Part shown: piece after piece, positions 26,380-34,650 of the stretch
Layout of the letters: every line of letters begins with the position of its first letter
How positions within the stretch are numbered: the first letter of the stretch is position 1
DNA from: Anaerolineaceae bacterium
GTDB taxonomy: Bacteria > Chloroflexota > Anaerolineae > Anaerolineales > Anaerolineaceae
Assembly (NCBI GenBank): GCA_036825755.1
Contig: DAISXR010000004.1
Coordinates: 1-57,344, forward strand
Length of the DNA: 57,344 nucleotides
Direction of reading: 5' to 3'
The notes under the pieces: model-generated
The model's database searches: none
Seen by the model: the letters and a program-made list of their open reading frames with translations, nothing else
What the model was told of the DNA's origin: nothing
Position numbers and translations under genes: made by a program

Positions 26380-27597
26380 TCAGGACTCAAAGAATCCCCT
26401 GTTCCCCTTTTTTGTTTTAAGTAATATATCAATTGCTTTTTCTTTTGCAATACAACCAATTCCATATAAGCTCGCATTCGAACCCATCTTCGCAATTCGA
26501 ATAGATAATTTCGGTTGGATTGATTCCAGTAAGCGTTTTTTGAGATGTTTTTTTATGCTCTCAAAACATGGCTGACAATCAATAATAAGCGAGCCATTGA
26601 GAATGACGATCTCGGGATTATATGAACAAGAAAGATTGTTGATCGCGATTGCGATATATTCGCCTACTACATCGAGTAAGGGCCGTAGACGATCATCACC
26701 TTTCTTGCATCCTTCAGAAATTTTAGTTGTGGAGTCATAAGATGGATCGATCTGAATTGCTTTCTGAATGACCGAATGCTCGCTGATCATTGTTTCAAAG
26801 CAACCAAGATGACCACAGTTGCAGACTTCACCCTCCGGTTGGACAGTAATGTGTCCTATCTCACCGGCTGCATTTCGAGAACCTCGCAGCAACTTTCCAT
26901 CCACAATTGCTGCGCCGCCGACACCGCCCCAACCGAGCTGCAGATAGGCAAGATTTTCAACTTTGGAATCTTCATTCGCTAGAAGATTCTCTTCACCCAT
27001 CAAAGCACTTTTACAATCATTTTCTACATAAATCGGCATATTCAACCGGTTTTCAAGCAAGCCTCTTACGTCGATCCCAATCCATTTGAATTGGCTGGAC
27101 GCCACAATAAACCCGGTTTCATTCAGTACATGACCTGTGAGACTCATCCCACAGCAGATAATCCGGTCTGTGTGGGTATTTGCTTCAAGGGCGAGTTGCG
27201 GGACGACATCGATAATTTCATCCGTCAAATCAGTGAAACTCATGCCGGTGTGAATATATATTTCTCGATAAGCAGAGAACTCTCCTGCCATATTTGTCAG
27301 GGTCACTTTGCAACAATTAATTGCCATATCGATACATAGACAATATGCTGCATCCGGGCAAATATCCAATAACATCGCCGGCCGGCCGATATTTGAAAGA
27401 GAATCGATTGAATGCTCGTACACCAGGCCCATCTCAGAAAGGGAATTGATAATTCGTGTCAGGCTGGTAGCTGAAAGACCAGCCCGTTTGCTGAGCGTGA
27501 TGCGCGAAATGGGTCCCTCGTCCTGAATGAGAGAATAAATGAGCTTCAAATTGTGATATTTTAAATCAGCCTGTGATCTCGACGTACTTGCATCCAT
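26380..27597 (-). CDS. ROK family transcriptional regulator (NagC/Mlc/XylR-like)
   Basis: N-terminal wHTH (ISRITLSKRAGLSATSLTRIINSL), a ROK sugar-kinase-like fold with GEIGHITV, and the zinc motif CNCGHLGC. Confidence 0.88.
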   Translation of the reverse strand: MDASTSRSQADLKYHNLKLIYSLIQDEGPISRITLSKRAGLSATSLTRIINSLSEMGLVYEHSIDSLSNIGRPAMLLDICPDAAYCLCIDMAINCCKVTLTNMAGEFSAYREIYIHTGMSFTDLTDEIIDVVPQLALEANTHTDRIICCGMSLTGHVLNETGFIVASSQFKWIGIDVRGLLENRLNMPIYVENDCKSALMGEENLLANEDSKVENLAYLQLGWGGVGGAAIVDGKLLRGSRNAAGEIGHITVQPEGEVCNCGHLGCFETMISEHSVIQKAIQIDPSYDSTTKISEGCKKGDDRLRPLLDVVGEYIAIAINNLSCSYNPEIVILNGSLIIDCQPCFESIKKHLKKRLLESIQPKLSIRIAKMGSNASLYGIGCIAKEKAIDILLKTKKGNRGFFES

Positions 27598-27626
27598 AAC
27601 AGGATCCTCCGCAGAAATCGGTTAAT

Positions 27627-28577
27627 TTATGACAGAAGCTTATCATATTCAGTCAATTCTATTCCATTTCCACGTACGAAATGTCCCTCTTCCATTTCAG
27701 CCCAGATTGGTTTATCGGTTGAATAGTCATGACAGGAGGGATTGTAAACAAACACTTTCTTATCTTTCTCGACAAGCGGATTGGGAAACGGAATTGCAGA
27801 GAGAAGTGCTCGCGTGTAAGGATGAAGTGGATGGGCGAATAATTTCTCCGTGGGGGCCAACTCCATCAATTCCCCTTTGTAAATGACAGCAATCCGGTCG
27901 GAAATAAAGCGCATCACCGAAAGATCATGGGAAATGAACAGATACGTAAGTCCGTGTTCGTTTTGTAACCTGGATAATAGATTGAGTACTTGAGCGCGAA
28001 CCGAAACATCCAGCGATGAAATGGGTTCATCGGCGATGATAAACTCGGGATCCATGGCAAGACAACGTGCAATACCGATACGTTGACGTTGACCGCCGGA
28101 GAATTCATGTGGGAAACGACTGGCAAACTCAGGCAGGAGTCCTACATCCAAAAGCGCTTTTGTAACCTTTTCTTTACGTTCCTGCGTGGAAAGATGTCGG
28201 TTTACATTATTTAGCCCTTCGGAGACGATATAGTCCACTTTAGCGCGCTCATTCAGGCTGGCCATTGGATCTTGAAAGATCATCTGAATCTCAGATACTA
28301 CCTTTCGATCCAATTCGCGACTGATATTGCCGTTAATCCGTTTCCCTTTATAGACGATTTCTCCCTCACTGGTGGGATTAATGCGTATGATGGCTCGTCC
28401 GATGGTTGTTTTTCCGGAACCTGACTCGCCGACTAAACCAAACGTCTCTCCACGATAAATATCAAAGCTCACATCATTGATGGCATTGAAAATTTTTTTA
28501 CCGGATCCAAAGGTTACTTCCAGGTTACGAACACTGATGAGAGGTTCTTTTTTGGGATGCAATTGTCGATAAGTCAT
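27627..28577 (-). CDS. Opp/Dpp-type ABC transporter ATP-binding protein (OppF-like)
   Basis: Walker [10 protein letters not shown], signature FSGGQRQR, Walker B IIADEP, and the oligopeptide-type C-terminal extension. Confidence 0.9.
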   Translation of the reverse strand: MTYRQLHPKKEPLISVRNLEVTFGSGKKIFNAINDVSFDIYRGETFGLVGESGSGKTTIGRAIIRINPTSEGEIVYKGKRINGNISRELDRKVVSEIQMIFQDPMASLNERAKVDYIVSEGLNNVNRHLSTQERKEKVTKALLDVGLLPEFASRFPHEFSGGQRQRIGIARCLAMDPEFIIADEPISSLDVSVRAQVLNLLSRLQNEHGLTYLFISHDLSVMRFISDRIAVIYKGELMELAPTEKLFAHPLHPYTRALLSAIPFPNPLVEKDKKVFVYNPSCHDYSTDKPIWAEMEEGHFVRGNGIELTEYDKLLS

Positions 28578-29635
28578 TGTGTCACTCCCGCTTCTCGGCC
28601 AAGCTCGCGAAGTTGTTTTACAGCAGGGGGCGGATCCATCCTAGGAGCACGCGGATCGAGCAGCCAGGTTTTCGCCTTATGTGTTGGAGAGACTTCGAAG
28701 TAGGGTGGGCGGTAAAGAAAATCAATCTCCAGCGCATTCGGATTACGTGGCGCGAAGGCATCACCGCTGATGGTTCCAAACAGGTTAGGGGGTGTCCCCT
28801 TAATGGAATATAGATCCTGTCCCTGAATGCCAAGCTGGGGCAAACTTGAGAGCAAAGCCCAGGTATAAGGATGCTGAGGGGTGAAGAATACTTCCTCTGC
28901 TGTGCCTACCTCGATAATATCACCCGCGTACATCACAGCGATACGATCGGCTACATTTGCAACCACACCCAGATCGTGAGTGATATAGATCGTGGTCATA
29001 TTATGCTTTTTCTTGAGATCTTTAATCAGTTGAAGAATCTGAGCCTGAATAGTCACATCCAATGCAGTGGTAGGTTCATCACAAATAAGAATTTCCGGCC
29101 CGCAGGCAATTGCGATGGCTATCACCACACGCTGTCTCATTCCCCCTGAAAATTCATGTGGATATTGGCTGTAACGGTGTTGCGGATCTGAGATGCCTAC
29201 ATCTGAAAGGATTTCGATGGCTTTTGTTTTGGCTTCAGCCGATTTAAGCCCTTTATTAAGAATCAAGGCTTCGCTGATCTGCCAACCGATGGTTTGGAGA
29301 GGATTCAGGCTGGTCATTGGATCCTGCATGACAATCGCGATTTTCTTTCCACGAATTGCCGACCACTCTTTTTCAGTCTTGAATTTGGCAAGATCCGTCC
29401 CGTGAAAAATAATCTCTCCTGACTCGATGCGACCGTTATTATCCAGGAGGCCAATAAAGTTTTTGGTAAACACACTCTTGCCGCTGCCTGATTCTCCAAC
29501 GATGGCCAGGCTCTCTCCTTTATAAAGATCCAGTGAGACACCGCGTATGGCATGAAGATCACGCCTCCGCAGACTGAACTTTACGTTAAGATCATGGACG
29601 GAAAGGATGATTTCTTTTCCCTGCTGCGTTTCCAT
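28574..29635 (-). CDS. Opp/Dpp-type ABC transporter ATP-binding protein (OppD-like)
   Basis: [16 protein letters not shown] and [10 protein letters not shown]. Its 4-nt overlap with the next gene indicates coupling. Confidence 0.9.
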   Translation of the reverse strand: METQQGKEIILSVHDLNVKFSLRRRDLHAIRGVSLDLYKGESLAIVGESGSGKSVFTKNFIGLLDNNGRIESGEIIFHGTDLAKFKTEKEWSAIRGKKIAIVMQDPMTSLNPLQTIGWQISEALILNKGLKSAEAKTKAIEILSDVGISDPQHRYSQYPHEFSGGMRQRVVIAIAIACGPEILICDEPTTALDVTIQAQILQLIKDLKKKHNMTTIYITHDLGVVANVADRIAVMYAGDIIEVGTAEEVFFTPQHPYTWALLSSLPQLGIQGQDLYSIKGTPPNLFGTISGDAFAPRNPNALEIDFLYRPPYFEVSPTHKAKTWLLDPRAPRMDPPPAVKQLRELGREAGVTQ

Positions 29636-29648
29636 ATCTCATATCTCC

Positions 29649-30728
29649 TTAAACATGATTCTTTGGATCGGCTGCGTCAGAAAAAGCGTTACCGACGATA
29701 TAAAAAGCGATCGTGATGAAGGCCACTACTGCGGCTGGAAAAATCAACTGATACCGAAGGTCGCTTTGCATCATCAGCACACGTCCGGCATCTACCAGGT
29801 TTCCCAATGAAGGCGTAGAGGTCGGCAAACCCAGACCAATATAGGTGAGGAATACCTCGTCACCAATGGCGCCAGGGATTGCTAAAGCGGTCTGCAGCAT
29901 AATCACCGACACCATTTGCGGCAGCAGGTTTTTCATGATAATTTGCGGAGTACTTGTTCCAAGACAGCGTGACGCAAGGTTGAAATCTCGATCCCGGAAA
30001 ATGATGACCTGGTTTCGAATAAAACGTGCCATGGCCATCCAGCCCACAACGCACATCGAGATGATAATTGTTGACATACTGGGGCGTAAAATATAGCTGA
30101 CAAGGATCAGAATCAACGTTTGAGGTATATTACTGATTACGTTATAAATTTCAGTAATCAGCTTATCCAACCGGCGGATATACCCCCAGGCCATACCGAT
30201 GATTAATCCAAATACCAGATCGCTGAAAGCGACGATCAACCCAATTTTGATCGAGGTACGAGTTCCTGCCCAAACGCGTGACCAAAGATCCTGTCCAATT
30301 GCATTCGTTCCAAACCAAAATGATTTTTCAGGAGCCAGGTTCCTCAATTGGATCCCATCTTCGCCATTATGAATGAAGGATGGATCACGTTGATTGGGGA
30401 AAAATGGCTGGATGAACGAGAATACGATCACTACAAGCAAAGAAATAACCAGGAAACGAGCTGCTTTATTGCGCCAGAAATTTTTAAAGGTACTGGCCCA
30501 ATAAGAGTAGTTTGAATAACCTACGCGTTCAGCGTTTTCTTCATCGAAAAGATGGATAGTAAATAACGCTGGATCAAGCTTTTCAATCTGTTCCTGAGAA
30601 AGGTCTACGGTGTTAAATTGCGGCGTCTTCTTGCTTTCATTTTCAGCCCGCAATCCCTTGGCGATATTCTTTTCAAATTCATCCAAACGTCGAGATTGAG
30701 AATTGGCAAACCCTATATTTTTCGACAT
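29649..30728 (-). CDS. Opp/Dpp-type ABC permease (OppC-like)
   Basis: Polytopic protein with an N-terminal extension and a binding-protein-dependent transport EAA-like region. Confidence 0.88.
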   Translation of the reverse strand: MSKNIGFANSQSRRLDEFEKNIAKGLRAENESKKTPQFNTVDLSQEQIEKLDPALFTIHLFDEENAERVGYSNYSYWASTFKNFWRNKAARFLVISLLVVIVFSFIQPFFPNQRDPSFIHNGEDGIQLRNLAPEKSFWFGTNAIGQDLWSRVWAGTRTSIKIGLIVAFSDLVFGLIIGMAWGYIRRLDKLITEIYNVISNIPQTLILILVSYILRPSMSTIIISMCVVGWMAMARFIRNQVIIFRDRDFNLASRCLGTSTPQIIMKNLLPQMVSVIMLQTALAIPGAIGDEVFLTYIGLGLPTSTPSLGNLVDAGRVLMMQSDLRYQLIFPAAVVAFITIAFYIVGNAFSDAADPKNHV

Positions 30729-31672
30729 TATCGGCCATCCTCCTTCTTGCTAAAGCTGATGCGAGGATCCAGCAGCGCCATGAAAATATCACCCAGAACC
30801 ATTCCAATGATGCCGATACTCGAATAGAGGATCACCAGAGCCTGTACGACAGTATTGTCCTGTCTTTGGATTACCTCAATAAGAAGACCCCCTGTACCGG
30901 GAATGGAAAATAGATGCTCTACATAGATTGAACCGATGATGGTTGAAAGCAACGAAACCGGTAAAAACTGAGCCATGGGGACAAATGCATTCTTGAATAC
31001 ATGGAGAAACATGACTCGTCGACTGGAAGCTCCTTTGGCAATAGCGAGCTTGACGTAATCCATGTTGATATTGTCAATCATGTAGCGGCGCATCCACATC
31101 GCATAGGTTGAGATGCTAAGTAATGAGATTGAAAATACGGGAAGGATAATGCTAATCCAATTGTTCTTATCATATAGTAAGGGTAGTTTGAACCAATTGG
31201 AAAAATATAACTGCACAAATAATAACAGTACTGCGGCTGGTAACGCCTCGATAATGGCAATAAATCCGGTGCCAATTTTGTCACCAAACTTATCCTTCGA
31301 ACGCGCCATCATCGCGCCCATTGGAATACCGATTACCAGCGACACCACCATTGAAATTAACCCGAGTTTCAGGGAAACCGGGATCTTATTTTGTAATATC
31401 TTTGCAATGGGATATTTTGCGCGATAGATCCACGAGGTGCCCAGATCTCCATGAAACAAACCTTTATAGAAATTAAACAGTTGTACGATGACAGGTTTGT
31501 CAAGTCCCTTTTCAGCTAAAAGGCTTGCGCGTGTTTCGGGGCTGAGTTTATCGTATTGTGCGCCAAAATAACCTTCCATAGGCATGAGGCGAAGCAATAT
31601 AAAGATCACCGTGACAATGATGAATAATGAGAGCGTTCCGCCTACCAGTCGTCTGAGGATATATCGAGTCAT
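30728..31672 (-). CDS. Opp/Dpp-type ABC permease (OppB-like)
   Basis: MTRYILRRL N-terminus typical of OppB/DppB, and an AKGxS EAA loop (AIAKGASSRRV). Confidence 0.9.
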   Translation of the reverse strand: MTRYILRRLVGGTLSLFIIVTVIFILLRLMPMEGYFGAQYDKLSPETRASLLAEKGLDKPVIVQLFNFYKGLFHGDLGTSWIYRAKYPIAKILQNKIPVSLKLGLISMVVSLVIGIPMGAMMARSKDKFGDKIGTGFIAIIEALPAAVLLLFVQLYFSNWFKLPLLYDKNNWISIILPVFSISLLSISTYAMWMRRYMIDNINMDYVKLAIAKGASSRRVMFLHVFKNAFVPMAQFLPVSLLSTIIGSIYVEHLFSIPGTGGLLIEVIQRQDNTVVQALVILYSSIGIIGMVLGDIFMALLDPRISFSKKEDGR

Positions 31673-31690
31673 CGTCTCTCCATTCCAATA

Positions 31691-31720
31691 TGTCGGCCGG
31701 CGGTTAATTGCCGGCCGACA
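31691..31720 (-). promoter_or_regulatory. Intercistronic GC-rich stem-loop between the binding-protein and permease genes
   Basis: tgtcggccggc (31691-31701) is the perfect reverse complement of gccggccgaca (31710-31720). The stem is 11 bp, the loop 8 nt, and no T-run follows. Confidence 0.55.
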
Positions 31721-31779
31721 ATTCTTCCAAGGGTATTACACAGCAAATCTGGTTTTGAGAAGAAAAACCATTCCTTTGT

Positions 31780-33822
31780 TTATTCGGCAGCAGCCAACGC
31801 TGCATCGCGATCGATCTTCCACTGCTCAAATTGAGCCTGGAATTCCTCAAGACTCATGGCTTCCTGCAAAAGGTGCTTTCCTTTATAACGCCAGGTGCTT
31901 ACACCAAATGAGGAGTATTCGCCATCGAAGACGGTAATCTTGCTGGCGACATAGCCACTCGAGAACACACGGAAGGGGATCACGATGCCTTCATTGATGA
32001 GCCATGCCTCAGCTTTGGCGTAGAGCTCGTATCGTTTGGCAAGGTCGATCGTTTCTGCCTGGGCTTCCTGGATCATCTTGTCGTAAATTTGCTGGGCCGT
32101 TCCAACATAGGCAGGGTCATCGATGACACCATTGTCATAATCTTCCTGCGTATAGGTATAGCCAGTCAGATATTCTTCCTGGGTATTCATAGAGCGGTTG
32201 TTGTAACTCCAGCTCAGGCCCCAGGGAGCTGCATAGGTGGAAGGATCGGCAAAATCAGGACCCCAACCTTCTTCCATCAAGCCATACTTGCCAGCTTTAC
32301 GAACTTCGGAAAGGTAGTTTTCAGCCGGTCCGGCCATCGGTACGATATCAATGTAGTCAGTTCCAAGGAGGCCTTCGAGCTGCTGTTCAACAATCTGGGA
32401 AACGAGATCCTGATTGGCCTGATCAACGCGATAATAGTAGGGGAAGACAACTGGGAATGTGGCGCCTGCTTCAGTCAGTTCGGCAATTGCCTGCTCTTTA
32501 TACTCAAGCGCTTTATCGCTCTGGAACCAATCCTGATTGGTGACTGCTGCAAGGTCACCGGTTACGGTGAAATCTTTACCATCGATGGCTACGAAGTTCG
32601 GGGGAGTGATGGTATTCATCAAATACTGATCGGGATCATACGGATCGTAAACGGTCATTGCTTTGACACGATCGAGGCCATAGACAATTGAGAGTCTCCA
32701 GGCAGTGTTGTTGACGGCCAGTTTAAAATTCTCGTTGTCGAATTGTTCGTCAAAATGAGGATCGAAGTCAAAGAACCACCACATGGCATCATAGGTAGCT
32801 CGGTTGGGGCGAACGATGTCTTTGGTTTCTTCGTCGGCCATCCAGCTATCCAGAATTTCTACCGGGATCTGGGCTTCATCGATTTCACCGCGTAAATACA
32901 TTTCAGGTGCAAGAGCTTCAGCCTCGGCATTATATCTACCGGAAATTGTCTTGATGTAAACATTTTCGACATCCCAATAATTGGGATTGCGTTCCCAGAT
33001 GAATTCACTCTGTGGTTCCCAACTGGTGCAGTAATATGCGCCATTGTAAAGCAGTGTATCATTGCTGGTTCCGAACAATTCAGCATTTTCTTCAACAAAC
33101 TGCTGATTTGCGGGCATGAAAGCCACATAGCTCATCATGGAAAGGAAATACGGGCAGGGTCGGAAAAGCGTGTATTCAAGGGTGTAATCATCGATGGCTT
33201 TTACGCCGACCTGTGTGAAATCGGTGATGGATCCATCAAAATACTCACGAGCGTTCTTGATGACGGATGCTACATGATCTACATTGGAGGATTCGTTTGC
33301 AGGTGTGAGAATCCATTGAATAGCGTAGACAAAATCATTTGCAGTCACATCAGCATATTCTTCGAGCTCGCTGGTATACCATTTGACGCCTTCGCGCAGT
33401 TTGAACGTCCAAACCAGACCATCTTCCGATACGCTCCACTCAGTAGCCAGATCGGGTTTAACGACACCATAAGAGTCATACTCGATCAGGGTATCAACAA
33501 AATTCGCGCTTGATTTATAATCGGCCGTGGTTGAAGTTGCCAGATAATTCATGGTGCCAATTTCTGAAGAATACAGATAACGGAAGGTACCGTCTTCTAC
33601 ATAGTTTTCTTCTTCAGGTTCGGCAACCGCTTCTGTGGCTGTTACCTCGGCTGCAACTTCAGCGTCTGAAGCCTCAGCAACTGCTTCAGTAGAGGACTCA
33701 CTGACGGCTTCTGTTGCGCTCGCATCGATGGATGGCTGTTCTGTTTCAGTGACGCCTGAGCAGCCAACAAAATTGAGCATCATCAACACGCACATTAACA
33801 ATGCCAGAACTTGCTTCTTCAT
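31780..33822 (-). CDS. Family-5 (Opp/Dpp-type) solute-binding lipoprotein, 680 aa
   Basis: Signal peptide with lipobox FVGC, an Ala/Glu/Thr-rich linker (TEAVSESSTEAVAEASDAEVAAEVTATEAVAE), then an SBP_bac_5-like body. Confidence 0.88.
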   Translation of the reverse strand: MKKQVLALLMCVLMMLNFVGCSGVTETEQPSIDASATEAVSESSTEAVAEASDAEVAAEVTATEAVAEPEEENYVEDGTFRYLYSSEIGTMNYLATSTTADYKSSANFVDTLIEYDSYGVVKPDLATEWSVSEDGLVWTFKLREGVKWYTSELEEYADVTANDFVYAIQWILTPANESSNVDHVASVIKNAREYFDGSITDFTQVGVKAIDDYTLEYTLFRPCPYFLSMMSYVAFMPANQQFVEENAELFGTSNDTLLYNGAYYCTSWEPQSEFIWERNPNYWDVENVYIKTISGRYNAEAEALAPEMYLRGEIDEAQIPVEILDSWMADEETKDIVRPNRATYDAMWWFFDFDPHFDEQFDNENFKLAVNNTAWRLSIVYGLDRVKAMTVYDPYDPDQYLMNTITPPNFVAIDGKDFTVTGDLAAVTNQDWFQSDKALEYKEQAIAELTEAGATFPVVFPYYYRVDQANQDLVSQIVEQQLEGLLGTDYIDIVPMAGPAENYLSEVRKAGKYGLMEEGWGPDFADPSTYAAPWGLSWSYNNRSMNTQEEYLTGYTYTQEDYDNGVIDDPAYVGTAQQIYDKMIQEAQAETIDLAKRYELYAKAEAWLINEGIVIPFRVFSSGYVASKITVFDGEYSSFGVSTWRYKGKHLLQEAMSLEEFQAQFEQWKIDRDAALAAAE

Positions 33823-34235
33823 TATTGCTTTTTCTCCATTTCAATATGATTTTTGGGTCGAACTGCGCGATTTACTGTAAAACCGTTTGATGACGATTTA
33901 TTAACAGCATGTTAATAATAATATCGGTTATTCACTGAGTCAATCATGACTAAAATACTATATTTAATCTGACAAGGAACTAATTGTTTCATCGATAGCA
34001 GTAAGAAATGCCGATTTTATTAATGGTTAATCGTGAAGGGAATATCGTCGTTATCCATATCATATGCCCAGGAACGAGCATCCATCCTCATAAATGTGAC
34101 CACAACACCGAACAGTACAATGATCGAAACAGCAAAGCGATCGCAACAATAAATGCATTTGCATACATTCTTTTACCCATAAAAATTGACCCTACATATG
34201 TGAAGGCCTCCTATGTATGCACGCCTATATATTAT

Positions 34236-34269
34236 GGTGGGGAAGAAGGGTCTTGAACTCTCACGACTT
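34236..34269 (-). repeat. tRNA 3'-end-like fragment, copy B (with encoded CCA; T-arm mutated)
   Basis: 29 of 32 positions are identical to copy A in the same orientation. The reverse complement ends ...GAGAGTTCAAGACCCTT CTTCCCC A CCA. The three differences fall in the T stem and loop. No 5' half is found. Confidence 0.5.
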
Positions 34270-34650
34270 TCGCCTCATGAGCTCAAGTCAGCAGTTACTC
34301 ATTTTTTGAATAATGGATGTCATTTGATCGATAGTCGCATATAGGCTTAGTCATGCTTTAAGAGTGCCCTTTGTTTCATCTTGTTGCAGGGTGAATCAAG
34401 AAGAAATCTGCCGGATAAGGGATTCTTCGCTTTTCTTTTTCAAAATTGTTTCCGCGACACCTATACTGGGTTATAATTTTTATACCTGTCGTAAACTCAT
34501 CATTCTTTTTCATCGTTATCTCCCCTTTCCTTATTTATAAGTGGTTTCCTGTCGCAAATTCTGTGTGATCGTACTCATTCACATCCAGTTAGCTGATCAC
34601 GCTTTTTTTATGCAGGCGGTTGATCAGGGAAGCATTCACTTGGAAATGAA

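Noticed and set aside
34008-34256. An 82-aa plus-strand ORF in the long spacer. Also 24807..25043, 25328..25522 and 26339..26575.
   Set aside because: They are AT-rich spacer sequence or antisense sequence with no SD. Their translations have no recognisable features, and several run across repeat or terminator elements.
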